Below, piece by piece: positions 40,716-56,069 of a stretch of DNA of 64,000 nucleotides. This DNA comes from the human T2T-CHM13v2.0 reference genome, Homo sapiens. The position numbers and the translations under genes were made by a program. Numbering within the stretch: the stretch's first letter is position 1; each line of letters starts with the position of its first letter. The stretch is from assembly GCF_009914755.1 (NCBI RefSeq), contig NC_060935.1. One strand, given 5' to 3'. A model generated the notes under the pieces. The model searched no databases. It was not told where the DNA came from and saw only the letters and a program-made list of their open reading frames with translations.

Positions 40716-43700
40716 ATAGGATACACCTTGAATCATGTTTCACTTCAGGCCAGCTCCCACAGGTCCACCCAGCTTGCTGTTTGCCAAGTACAAACTCATC
40801 GCTGGGCAGAGGGCCCATGGGTCTTGTTTTATGGCCCTTCTGTTGCGGGGGCACATAGCCTGGGCCCTCTGGGTTTGACACCCTGTCATGTTTACATCTG
40901 AGGCCACCTGACTTGTTAGGCATTGGCATCCAGGCCCCTGATGCTGTGGGTGTGATTCCCAGGCTCCTCTCATGCATTGCCCTTGTACTGCATATGTGAA
41001 TTCCATGGAAGGCTTTGACTCATCTTGAGCAGCTGGGTGCTCCTGCGTAATCTCATCAACCATTTTGGCCTTTGCCAACTACATCCTGCCCTTACATGCT
41101 TCCCTGGCTTTCCTGTGCACCACACTCTCTGCCTGGAACAGCATTCTCCTCCTCATCTTCTGAGAAAGCTTCTATCATCCTTCAAGACCCAGGGAACTTG
41201 CACACCTGCCTCTATCAACATACCTTGCACTGTGTCATAATTATTTGTTCATACTTCCGTCTCTTCCACTAGATTGTGTGGTTCATGGGGGCAGATACTA
41301 GGTCTGATTTATCAGTATCCTTCTAGGGCCTAGCACAATGCTGGCTGCATGGATCTGTCCATTTATTCATAAGTATCTATCTGTTACACAGTGGGAACCT
41401 GGGAGTAAACAAGGCAGACAGGGTCCCTCTGCCTCTGTGGGAAGGTGGCCAGTTAGCAAGGAAACAAATACATAGAACAAGATACTGTGGATTTGTTGTG
41501 CTTTGAAGGGGCTGCTTTACGTGGTGCCGGGGGGCGGTGTGGGGAAGCCCTCTCTGATACTTTGGATCTGAGACCTGAAGGATGAGAATAAATCAGCTGT
41601 GCAGACAACTAGGAAGTGAGCTCAGGGTAGGGGGATGGCAGGCGTATTGCAGAGGAGGGAAGGTCTTGGAGGGCTCGGGAGCAGACAGGAGACCAGTGCT
41701 GCTGAAGCATGAGCCATGTGGGGAGAGATGTGAGCATGGCCTGGCCTGATCCTGAAACCTGCTTCATAGGCCACAGTAAGGAGTTTGGAATTTTCCCCTT
41801 AGAGAAAGAGCAGTGGGAAGGATTTGGAGGGATTATTTCAAACTTTTAATATCCCTTATGCTGAACAGGTGAGAGTCTGCAGATTGTTTCCTTCCTCCTG
41901 CTTCCCCCCTTTTCCCTGCTACCTCTTCTTTTATCCTGGCCAAAGCTGGCCTCCATTCAGGCCCCAGGATTTCCACACCGTATTCGCTCTGTAGCGGCCT
42001 GGCTGCTCCTCTCACCTCGGAGCAGCTCTGTTCCTTGTTGCAGCCTTTTCTGGCTCCTGCCAGGGCCCTGAGGTGCCACTGAAGTTCCCCGACACCCTGT
42101 GAGCTCCCATTCTCATTCCCTCTAAGCTAACTGTGCAGTGGTTCTTGACCCCCGAGGCTGAATGCCTGCTTCTGAACCTTCCTTGGCCTTAGCACCTGTA
42201 AATCCCTGCCCTCTCCCCCTCCACAAGCATGGTTGCTTATCTTCCTTCCCCATGCCTGCCGCCTCCAAACGAACCAGCCTCCTGAGTTTATCTGGTTCTC
42301 CCTCCCTGCACCTACCTATTTTTGTTTAAAGTTTCCTCTGAGCTGGCAAAAATATGTCCTGATGTTATATCCTCACTTAAAAAAAAAGCTAACATATTGA
42401 ACACTTTGTGCAAAGGAATGTGCTTAGTGCTCTCTACATAATTTTAATCATGACATCTATGAGTTAGATGCTGTTATCCCCATTTTACAGATGAGGAAAC
42501 TGAGGCTCAGAGATCACACAGTACATAGCAGAGCTGGGTCTGAACTCAAGCTATCTGACTTTGGAGCCTGTGGATTTAACTATTATTTCCTAGTGCAGTC
42601 CAGTGTGGTTCCTTGGTCTTGAGATCCTTATCCACACCATCTCTGAAGCCATTCCTGGGTGGTGCCCATTTTCCTGTCTTCACTCTAAATGTCCCACTTC
42701 ACAGGAAAAACTGGCGGAGAGCCTCAGAACCACCTGTTTCCTCTGCTGCACCATGCTTGAGTGTGGAAGCCGTGCCCCTGTTCTCCACAGCGTGTATGGC
42801 CATTCGGCACATGTGTAGATTTGCTGAATGAGCAAACAGCAACTCCTCCAGTTTACAGACGTGAGCTAATTCTCTTGGGATTACAAGTGCTATTGTAAAT
42901 CCCTCCTTGCTACCCAGGGAGAGGGTGGGGAACAAGAAAAATGAGAGGAGGCTGCAGGAAGAGGGTTTAAACTAAAGACCTTCCTTGAGGTAGAGTTGTC
43001 CAGAGATGGAAGCAATTGCCTGAGGGACAGGGGAGGGGCATTGGGCAGTTCCCCTTTGCTATAGCTAGGGGATACAGCATTAAGGTAGTGGCCGGACTGT
43101 GTATCCTTGGAGGTGTTCATCTGCCCTGAAAAGATGGGATTCTGAACCTCAAATCGTGCTGGGTAGAGTGGATCTAAGATGGTCAGTTATGGTGCTCCTG
43201 GGTGCTGTCTCTACATCCTTGTGGCCTGTAGACTTCCTAGGCAGTGCACCCTTTCCCAATTGGAGGAGTGGAAGTGGCATTTGAGCCCTCTCAGCCTGGC
43301 TCACACCCACCCAAGGAAAGCACTGCAGGCCTAGGGCAAATGCAGATGTAAGACAGTTAAATGCCTGCAGGGATTGTCCCAGGCCCTGCCCTTGTGCTGC
43401 ATTGCCTTGTACGCCCTGACAGTGTCCCTGTTAGGTGTGCTGCTCTCCTACGCCACTTAGTGGCGCCTTTCACAGTGGGGTCGGAGCTTCTGGAACCTGG
43501 GACTCCAATTGTTACACCTGGTGAGGTGTTAACAATTGCCGTCTTGCTGCCACAGGTGACTCTGGAGAGCCCTGGTGGTTTTTCATTACAGAAGTGAATG
43601 GGATTGTGTGCTAAAGATTCATGGAAAAAGCACTCATGCCAAGAGGGAAAAGGCCATGGAGATGCAGAAACTACATGTCGGCTACTATGATTCTTATGAA

Positions 43701-43800
43701 AACACGTTGTGTGATGATGGAATGAAAGATTTTTGCAATCTTGTGTGCGTAACATGGAACTCTCTGTAATTTTTCCTTTGTTCTGTATTTGAATTTTCAG

Positions 43801-43836
43801 TAAGAAGAGGAGGAGGCCAGGCAGGCAAAAGGAGTC
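43801..43836 (+). other. PPFIBP2: PPFIBP2 exon 2, 5'UTR part
   Basis: Acceptor ttttcctttgttctgtatttgaattttcag (AG 43799-43800). Confidence 0.85.
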
Positions 43837-43900
43837 ATGGCTTCTGATGCTAGTCATGCGCTGGAAGCTGCCCTGGAGCAAATGGACGGGATCATTGCAG
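43837..43900 (+). CDS. PPFIBP2: Liprin-beta-2, first coding exon (MASDASHALEAALEQMDGIIA-G)
   Basis: Strong Kozak gtcATGG; conserved liprin-beta N-terminal motif ALEQMDGIIAG; donor CAG|GTACGC, phase 1. Confidence 0.95.
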
Positions 43901-45002
43901 GTACGCCCAGGGAACCCCAGCAACCAAGGTCTCATCCTCCACATTCCAGGAACTGCTTCTCTCCTTTTACTTTTTTTTTTTTTTTTTTTGGCATAGAGAA
44001 AATCCCCTTTTGTTATATTTATTTTTCAGTAGTGTTATTGTGTATGTAATCTCTTTTTTTTCTTTGATACGAACTTATACAACTCTCTGATGTCTGGTGT
44101 GATCATTCTGGTCTCTGCTGAGACAGTGTGGATGTACCTACCATGTACCGTCTCAGTTTGGATTCTGGCTGTGAGGCAGTTTGGGTTCAGTGAGACTGAT
44201 TCTAATGTAAAATTTTCAGAGCTTTTCATGGCTTATTATAGCTGATCTGAAACTTGAAATCTAGCAGACTTTGCCACCTAATGCAGGTGTCAGCGTCCTC
44301 AGATGGTCTCCAGTGTGTTTCAGAGATGAAAGGCAGTTTTGTGTTGATTCAATTAATGATTCAAATTTTCTTTATGCCATATTGTTTTTTATCCCTCTCA
44401 ACTGTTTGGTTTTAATATTTGCATTAGCCAGTAGGGGACTTTTTCTTAGAAAAGATCTAGCAAAGCTGTGGTTAATTTGAAAGGACTATCAATTAGCTGT
44501 TCCAGCTGATTCCTTTCTTCATGGGAGCAACCAGAAGCCTATATTGATTAGACCAAACGTTTTGTTGGAAATCTTTCCAGAAGGTCCTAAGTCTTCTGAC
44601 TTTACCTGATACACTTCAGTGGCCTCATTGGTAGATTGGATGTGCTTCTTTGGAACTTTGCTCTTCATTGTTTGAGCTGTGGCTGGAAGAGAGCGTGGAG
44701 GAAGGTATTGGGCCAAGTGTGGCTAGACCCCAGGAAGTACACAGAGTACGTGACACTGCCCTTTCTCAGGCATTTGCTTTTCCTTCCCATTGGAGGGTTT
44801 CATCTGACTTACAGAGGGCTCTTGGTGTTTGAGCCTGAAGTGGGAGAGTTTGCCTGTGTCTTGCAGCTTCTTCAGGTTATTGTTGGTAATGTGATGCATT
44901 CTAGCTATCATCTGTCTGCTTCTCAATTTCTCAGTTGATAGAGGGCCCTTGAGAAGCCATGACTAATGTCCTGCTTTTCAGAGGATCCATAGACTGGGAT
45001 GT

Positions 45003-45462
45003 CGTGATGTTTAATACTGAGTGTCAACTTGATTGAATTGAAGGATGCAGCAAAGTATTGATCCCGGGTGTGTCTGTGAGAGTGTTGCCAAAGGAGATTA
45101 ACATTTGAGTCAGTGGACTGGGGAAGGCAGACTCACCCTTAATCTGGGTAGGCACCATCTAATAAGCTGCCAACTAATATAAAACAGGCAGAAAAACATG
45201 AAAAGTCTAGACTAGCTTAGCCTCCCAGCCTACATCCTTCTCCCGTGCTGGATGCTTCCTGCCCCCGAACATCAGACTTCAAGTTTTTCAGCTTTAGGAC
45301 TCAGACTGGCTTCCCTGCTCCTCAGTTTGCAGACGGCCTATTGTGGGACTTTGTGGTCGTGTGAGTTAATAGTACTTAATAAACTCCCCTTTATATCTAT
45401 ATCTATAGATATAGATATCTATAGATATCTATCTCCTATTAGTTCTGTCCCTCTGGAATACA
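45003..45462 (+). mobile_element. MLT2A (probably MLT2A1) HERV-L solo LTR
   Basis: gtgatgtttaatactgagtgtcaacttgattgaattgaaggatgc...aataaactcccc...ctattagttctgtccct...aataca; 5-bp TSD GATGT (44998-45002, 45463-45467). Confidence 0.88.
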
Positions 45463-45729
45463 GATGTCCTGTTCTAGGTTAGGGTCTCTGATGCCTTATT
45501 GAGGAGAAAGAGTCAAGAAAGTGGATTTCCTAGCAATCCTTTTAGAGATACTGACCTGTGAGCTCCTCGGGGTCTCACGTGCATTGGGATAATAGCTACA
45601 GGATCATTCCCTGAGAATGCCTGAGGCAGTCATCACTTCAGAGCCTTCAGCCAAAGAGCAAAGGGGAGACTGAGCGAGTCCCTGGCAGACCTCTTTGATA
45701 GTTGTCAGGGAGGGATGAAAATACTATCT

Positions 45730-46075
45730 TTTCTCTACGTATTATCTCTGCTGCTTTGTCAAAGGTCATTTGATTATATTTTTGTGATATATATTCAGGT
45801 CTATTTCTGAACTCTGTATTCTGTTTCATGGATTTATTTTTTCTTTCACCAATACCACACTGTGTTGATTACTGTAGCTTTAGTAAGTCTTGAAGTTGGG
45901 TACTGTCAGTCCTCCAACTTTGTTCTTCAGTGTTGTGTTGGCTACCTTTTGCCTCTTCGTATAAAATTTAGAGTCAGTTTTTTGATCACAAAGTAACTTT
46001 CTGGGATTTTGATTGCAATTGCATTTAACTTAGATCATGTTGGGAAGAACTGACACTTTCACAATATTGAATTTT
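45730..46075 (-). mobile_element. Old L1 (L1M) ORF2 fragment
   Basis: accaataccacactgtgttgattactgtagcttt...tcctccaactttgttcttc is typical antisense L1 ORF2 text. Confidence 0.8.
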
Positions 46076-46504
46076 TGAGAGATGAATCAGACTTCTAAAG
46101 AAAAGTAGCCTTGTGTGGGGTCAGTACCTCTTTCTGACTCCTGATTTCTCCATACAGGCATTCCTGAAATGACAGAGCCTCTGGCAAAATTCATTTTGTC
46201 TCTGAGAGACATTATGTGGCTGGATCCTTAAGGCCTTGCCTTGACCCAGGATCTGCAGTTGAGAATCTGGGATGTGTGTGGAGAGAGGGGCCCTAAGTGT
46301 GGGTTGTGTGAAACCCAGGAGACCTAATCTTCTGATCTTCCAGTACAAACTGCTCTATCCTTCCATTTCCTTAGTCCTCCATCTTGGAAGGTTCTATCTA
46401 GAAGGGCTCCTGGGCTTTTCTGTCTGGAACAGGTATGAGAGTTTTGTAGAGAGAAGGCATTCTTTGCAAATTGGTTCTTTGCAGATTGGTAGGGAGGAAT
46501 ACCT

Positions 46505-46690
46505 GTAGCCAGACTACTTGTTTGAAAACCTAGCTCTACAACAAGTTACTTACATGGTCTGTGCCTCAGTTTCCTCATATTAGAAATGAGAATAGTAATA
46601 CCCATCTTAGAGAGTTGCCTGTGTTGACATGCGTAAGGTGCTTAGAACAGTGCCTGGCACATAGTAAGCACTATAAAATGTTAGCTCTTG
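46505..46690 (+). mobile_element. MIR
   Basis: ctgtgcctcagtttcctcat...cttagaacagtgcctggcacatagtaagcact. Confidence 0.8.
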
Positions 46691-49156
46691 ATAGATTAAT
46701 GAGGGACTAAAAATAATCTTCATCATGTTGAATCTTTTCTGGGGACGGGGTAGTATTCTATTTATTAAAGCTCTTATTTCTCCCATCTGAGTTTTGTGGT
46801 TTTCATTGTATAAGGCTTGTGCATCCATTGCTGGATTTGCCCAGGGTCTGCAGATTTAATACGTGGTCTTCTGATTGCTCTCTGCATCTGTTCTTGCTCC
46901 CTTATAGACTGTTTCCCACAGAGCTGTAGAGTAAACCTGAAAATGTAAATTAAGTCATATCACTCCTCTCTCCAAAACTCCTCAATGGCTTCCCATCTCA
47001 GGATAAAGTTTAAAGCCCTTACCACGGCCAGCAAGGTCTTAGCATGGCTTGGCTTTCGTGGCCCTTTATGCATCCCTTTTACGTTCCCAGGGTGTATCTC
47101 ACTTTAACCATGAGCTTGCCCCCCCCTCTCCTGGAATGCCCTCCTCCAGATCTAGGCTTATGCTGAAATGTTACCGTACCGGAAGGCCTTCCCTGACTGT
47201 GTCTATCATGCATTCCCACATAACTCTGTTCTTGTATCTTGTTTATACTTCTTTATAGCACTTATCACCTGACCTATCACATTCATATTTGCCTCTTTGT
47301 TTATTGTCTGCCTCCTGCACCAGCATGTAAGTTTCTTAAGGACAGAGGCTCTGCCACTGTATCTCCAGTGCCATAATTGGTGGTTTTAGGCATTTTAGTT
47401 AATAAGCATTTAATACATGCTAGATGTTTTTTTTTCATTTGCTTTTGTGACTAGGATCTCCTTTTCATTGGTTAGGAGGTATACATACAGGTTTCTGTAT
47501 ACATCTTCTATCTGGCTGCATACTGAACTTCATTTATTTTCTCTATTTTCACCCTTGTTTCACTGATTCTTTTGGAATAACAAATTATTATTATTTTTTT
47601 TTGAAGACTAGTAGTTTGTATGTCCCATGAACCATCCCTGAAGTAGTAACTGGCTCACACAGATATTTGACAGGAGCTATTTGACAGATTATTCAACACT
47701 GAGGTTACTAGTGAGTATCTGGAGGGCATGTTTTCTATGCTATTCTTGATAAAAAGAATGATCATTCTTTTGAATGCCTTGTTCAGGTTACTTTTTCTCA
47801 AGATTGCTGAGGACACTTTTCCTCATTTTTATGATGGCATTAGGATGGCTGAACCAAATTGGGCCAAAGAGGTTAAGAATTTTTGTGGTTATTAACATGG
47901 ACTACAGAGTTGGACTGTAGGGGTTTGAATCCCAGCTCAGCCATTTAGTGCTGGCTGTGGGATCTTTGGACAAATTGCTTAATTCTTCTGAGCCTCAATT
48001 TACTTATCGATAAAATAGCAGTAATAATAGTACCTGTCTCATATTATTGTGAGGGTTGAATTAATGCAGATAAGGCACCTAGAAAGTGCTTAATTGGTGT
48101 AAGTTATTTGTTTTATTGATATTAGTATTAAATTATTTTTACCCCCCAAGATCATAGTGCTGAGATTTGATTCCAGGGCCATCTGAGTCTCTTCCAGGCT
48201 CCTTTTATTCCTGGGCTGGTTTTTATGTTGATGCATGGGGCTGTCTGTAGGAGAAAAGAATTAACTGAGGGAAGGATACTTTTCTGCTCTTGCTCACAAT
48301 CCCTAAGCCAGAGTGGTTTTGTTCTTGTCTCTCTTACGTTATTTCTTCTAAGCAAGGGTTCCTTTGCTTAAGGGTGGCACAGCTAAAGAAGTTTGAAAAC
48401 TGGCACCACACCACAGATCTTGCAGAAATGACATTTTTGTGTGAACATTTAAATCTTCCTCTCTTTATTTATGTTCTCTTATTAATTTTAGATTGCATGA
48501 TGTCAAGTAGTGCCACCACCACTGCCAAAACACAACTGCTTTTCCATCAAAGTACTCAAGTACCCAAAGAATGTATTTTCTCACAGTTACCACGTATTTC
48601 AACGGAAAAAACCTTTATGGGCTTCCTGGACCTCCCAAATAGTAACCACTTACACAGAAACAACACAGATTCCTACTAAAATGGATGTACTGTATTCAGT
48701 GATCACTAGTAATCATATACTATGTAACAAGGAATTGCCTCTTACTAATTACAGTAGGCTGGGTTACTGTTTACTTTCCAAAACTCCTTCTAAAAAGAGT
48801 GCACTTTGGGCATGTGATATCAATGTTTATGTAATTAAGCTTTTAGTGCAAAAAAAAGTCTGTCTCCTCCTGCATCAAGTAAAACAGTGCAAACAGTGCG
48901 GGATGATTATCACTCCTGTAAACAATCAGACCAGGAGTACTCTGAGAGGACATCCTAATGCGCAAGTGGTAAATATGCCCCTCCAGAGCCACGGTGCGAT
49001 GGCCTTTGTCTCAGGTGGTCAATGTTGGGAGGTGTGAGAGAGAGAAATTGGTTCTTGTAAATGCAAAAAGAAATGCCTTGTAAGCAGGACTATTAAATGA
49101 AACTCCTTGTAAAGTTGAATTCTTGAAATCTGAATGGCTGAATCCCAGGTGACTAT

Positions 49157-49187
49157 ACTAGACTAGACTAGACTAGACTAGACTAGA
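49157..49187. repeat. (TAGAC)n pentanucleotide microsatellite
   Basis: actagactagactagactagactagactaga. Confidence 0.95.
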
Positions 49188-50149
49188 TTGGGTCTATACT
49201 AGATTGGGACCTCAGTATTTTATATCAGAAAGTTGGGAAAGGGTGGCTGTTAAAGACTCTAGGATCTTTGTCAATAATGACTTGGTTCTAATATGAAAGA
49301 CCATTATTATAGTTTCCAGTAGGATGTTAACCTTTGATCTAGTCTTCCTCCTGATTAGTCCCTGTGATTCTGCTTGCAAATTACACTGTAATTGAATTAC
49401 ACTGTTGACAATTGAAATTGAACTCTATATTGCTTAATTACCTCCCTCTGGATGGCCCAGAGCAACTGCCACAGACACTAATTTTGCATAGAGCTTAATT
49501 TGTGAACTGACAGGTTCAGTGGCTACTTTGTCAGGCCACTTCTGGCAGGGGACCAGAGAGCCACGTGGTCAGGACACAGAAGGCCACTTACTCCTCTTGG
49601 CTCTGCATGAGGTTACTCATGCAGTTATGTACAAGCAGTACTCACTGAGGAGGAATAGTTAAGAGGAGTCTGTTTTATGACAGTTAAAGAAGTTGCCCTG
49701 TCAGCTGGGGCCTTTCTGCCAACTCTGATTAGCGTCTGGGTTTGTAAAAAGAAAACAACAAAAGATTGTGCAGGGGCAGAGAAAGTTCTGATCAAGACCG
49801 AGATTGTTCACGTTGGCTTGTGAATGAAGTCAGCTGTGGTGCTGAGGACTGTTGAGTCCATACTCTGAACAGTCCTTGACTGATCTTGTCCCCGGCTTCT
49901 CTGAGGTGCAGCAGCATATAGCATTCATCAGTATCGGACTCGCTGTTTCCCATTGCAGGTTGTGAGAGCCCTGCTAGGACTTTGTTCAGAAGAGTTGGAG
50001 TGGGGGTCTTAGGAGTGTCTAAGGGGCAGAGCTATCAAAGACTGCCCTTTGTATGAAGAGGTCAAAACAGCTACTGGGGCACCCGCTGTTTGACAGCCCT
50101 CATTCCATTTTTCCCTCACTGGTAGACCCCATCTCCCAGTCCTTTATGG

Positions 50150-51720
<1,571 letters not shown>

Positions 51721-51860
51721 TATGCCCAAATATTCCCAAATAGACAAAATATTTACTCATATTAGTGTATTGATTTAGTTACGTGTTTAAGCACTAAGTA
51801 AAAGGCTTTCAATAATTCAAAATAATATGTTAATTTATGAACTTCTTGTCTCATTGGCAC

Positions 51861-52012
51861 TTTTTTTTTTTTTTTTTTTTGAGACAGAGTCTTGCTCTGT
51901 TGCCCAGGCTGGAGTACAGTGGCATAATCTTGGCTCACTGAAACCTCCATCTCCTGGGTTCAAGCAATTCTCAGCCTCCTGAGTAATTGGGATTACAGGT
52001 GCCCACCACCAT
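51861..52012 (-). mobile_element. Alu right arm
   Basis: Poly-T plus gagacagagtcttgctctgttgcccaggctggagtacagtggc. Confidence 0.88.
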
Positions 52013-52429
52013 TCCCATCACTGGCACATCTGATGAAATAATTTTATTCAAGCTTTTTATATTTATCTTTGTTTCTATCATTTTGAGCGCTCTTTTTGAA
52101 TAATCCTAGCATTCTAGAGCAGTTGTAGAGCATTTGGGGATGCAGATTCATATTTGTAGGTCTGGGATGGGATCCGAGACTGTATTTCTAATGAACTCTC
52201 AGGTTTTGCTATTGCTACTCCTGTGGACCCCTCTTTTAAGTGGCAAGGTTTTAGAACATGCCATCCTTACTTGGAATTTGTTTTAAATACAACACTTTAA
52301 AAATTCACATATGATGCTGTCATCAGCTATTTCATCTCATGCCAAAGAACTCCATTTACGTGGTAAAAGGTTAGACTTTAAAAGTTTATCTTGTCTATAT
52401 GTCTTAATTGTACAAAATATATATTTTGC

Positions 52430-52803
52430 ATGAATGAAGATAGGCTAAGTTATATTGCAGTGAGAAACTACTCAAATGTCAGTAGTTTGAAACACAAAGG
52501 TTTATTTCTTGTACACATTGCAAGTTCCCTGAGATCTGCCAAGAGCTCTGGTCCTTGTCATCTTCACTTGAACACAGACTGATTGAGTCTCCACTATTGC
52601 CAGAAGTCAGGGCAGGTGGAAGAGATATGAGGAATTGTGTACTGGCTCTTAGACTTTCTCCCACAGTGATACACATGGTTTCTGTTTATTGGCCAAAGGA
52701 AGTTATGTGACCATGAGTGACTTCAAGGGACAGAACTGTGAGCCTACTATGAATGCAAGTAGAGGAGAACAAAATATCTGAACAACCCCAGTCACTACCA
52801 CAG
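52430..52803 (-). mobile_element. Old MLT1-type LTR
   Basis: gataggctaagttatattgcagtgag...aaacacaaaggtttatttctt...ttattggccaaaggaagttatgtgacc...cactaccaca. Confidence 0.6.
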
Positions 52804-52846
52804 ACATCCCTATGTGCTTTCGAAAGCGATCATTAAAAGGCTTTCA

Positions 52847-53165
<319 letters not shown>

Positions 53166-55439
53166 CTATAACACTTGCATTGTATGTGGTCTTATCCTCA
53201 AAAATAATTATTAAATCTTCATTAAATTTTGGTTTTGCTCCTTAAAATAAAAATTCTCAGGTGACCTCTATAACCATCAAAGCTAGACTTCATTGAGGTG
53301 ATCTGCTAGTGCCATGGTTTCAGCTTAAGCATCATTTTAGTATCACCTGGGAAACTTTTTATTACCCCAGGTCACACCTCAGACCAATTAAATTAGAATC
53401 CCTGGAGGAGGGCCCAGGCATCTGGAGTTTGTAAAACCGCTCAGGTGACTTCAATGTGCATTGAAAGTTGAAAATATTTGTGCTACTCTAAATACTGCTT
53501 TGTTGCTCAAAATGAAATAAATAGAATTCCCCAAAGAGAAACTTTAGGCTTGACTGTAAGTTGAATTACCCTTTTCTGAGAAATCTGGGGGGCAAATCTT
53601 GCCTTATATTTAGGCATATCCAGCATTAGTGGTTTATGGTGTCTTCTAAATTTTCCTGTTAATTCCAGGTTTTAGGGCACACATTTTTTTTATTTGTTTT
53701 CTATTTTGATTTGTTTCCCACTGTGGTTGTAATTTTTTTACAGGAGGTAATTGTGGGAAATGTGTGTGGAGTGTGGAAATGAGCCTCCTGGGAGATTTTG
53801 CAATTGCTAATGCTGGGCTTTAGGTGTTGCACTATTCTGGACCATTTTGTGTGCATGTGTGTTGATTTCTGGTTTGGGATTTCGGTAGTCAGTGCATAGT
53901 AGAAATTTGGCACTATACCAGTGGTATGCAGAGGCCTGTAGGCTTGATGTCTCACTGGGGGGTGAGGGAGGGTGTATATGTGTGGTATTATAAACACCTA
54001 GGGGGTTACTTAGCATACTGCAAGCTTCCCTGCCGTTGGGTGAATTTTCTCAGATCCATTTATGAAATAGGCAATACTTTGGGGTACTTTCTTTCTATAG
54101 GGGTCTCACTTTCAACTTACTGCTTTCACTGGAGGCATTAAAACCTCAAGCCCCAATCTCGGTTCCTCCCTATATCTGGGTATTTTGCCCCTGGGCTACT
54201 CTAGAGTCAGCTTGAATTAATTTCACTGTTGAGTTCACTCTTTGTTTCTGGTACCCAAGGTTTTTACTGTCTTTCAAGCTTGGCTCCATGTTAAAAAATA
54301 AAATAAAATAAGAGTGTTATCTTTTTCAGCTTTTCTGTTTGTTCATTGTGGGTAAGGGGGACTCCTGGCAGTTGAGTATGTCCTGTTTCCAGAAGGTTCC
54401 CCCTTAAGCAGCACATGGCTAGCTTACCAAGAGGCCTGCTCTGAGATTTTCTGAAATGATTGTTCTGTGAAAATACTACCAGGTTTTTCCCCCTTTCACT
54501 AATGCAATTATAGAGCGAGGGAAAGCTAATCAACAGCACAAGGAAGAAACCTGTCTGGGTTTACTCACTTAATTTCCTGCCCAAATAAAGGCCTGAATTC
54601 TTCCATATTGTCTAGCATCCTGTGGGGACTTTGAAAGAACAAGAGAACCTAGAGTCCCTGTGCAAACTAAATGTCAAACTTGAATCTCTCACTTAGAGTC
54701 AACAAATTTAAAGTTTAAAACAAATTGTTATAAAAGTAATGAAAATTAATATTGTCAACATTTGGGTATTTCTCTGTATATATATATACCATATACATAT
54801 AATTGTTTTACTGAATAAGGCAAGTATTTCCCCATGTTACTGAGTCTTTAGATAATTGTTTTTTATACAGCTATATGAATCATATTCTTTCTTTCAGAAG
54901 TTATTTAAACATTCACCAATTTGGGGGGATTTTTCCCCTACTTTTTGAAAATTAAGATGCTGCTGAGATTATTCTTATATATTAATCTTTGACTACGTGT
55001 CTGGTTATATTTCCTTAGCTTAACTTTCTAGAATTGGACTTGCTAGGTCAAAAGGCATGAATATTTTTCCTGTATCTTGCCAAATTGCTTTTCAGAAAGA
55101 TTAGGCCAGTCTTTGTGTCTATTAACAGTGTATGAGGGTACCCTTATGAACAGCATATGAGCTTGCCAACATTAATTATCATTGCATTTGCATTTTCAAC
55201 AATTTACGTAGGTGAAAATTGAATATCATTTTTAAATGTTCTATTTACCAATGCAAAAACATTTTCTTTCCATATTTTTAAATTTTACTTCTGTTTTTTA
55301 ATTCCAGAACTGCCCATATAAGAACCTTGTGCCTATTTTGTGTGTGAGAAGTGGCTTGGGGACTTTTTCTTATTGATAGATAAGGTCTCTTTTTGTATGA
55401 AGGCTATACTGAGCTTTTGTTGTAATTGATACGAGTAGG

Positions 55440-55736
<297 letters not shown>

Positions 55737-56069
55737 TACAAGTAGGTTTTTCAGGCTATAATTTGTCTTTTAATTTTGTTTTTAATATTCCAGAAGTTAA
55801 TTTTATGTAGTCAGGTTTATTGTTCTTTTATGTCTTGCTCAATTGCTCTTGTGCCTATAAAATCTTCCTCTCACTCAGTTTTGACCTATCTTCTCTTTGT
55901 ATTTCTAGTTCAGTTTTTTAAGTGTGTAATCTTTGTCTGTCTAAATTTTATTTTTGTGTATGGTGTATAATAAAGATCTTATTTTTTTCTGTGAGGGTAA
56001 TTCTAGCCACATATTTTAGCAGTGTATGGCAAGTGCCTCTTGATTGTACTTCTCAGAATATTCTCAGCT

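Noticed and set aside
43357-43944. 195-aa minus-strand ORF overlapping exon 2
   Set aside because: Non-ATG start, no recognisable homology, antisense shadow of a real exon.
45392-45432. Palindromic atatctatatctatagatatagatatctatagatat tract
   Set aside because: Low-complexity AT tract commonly expanded at this position in MLT2 LTRs.
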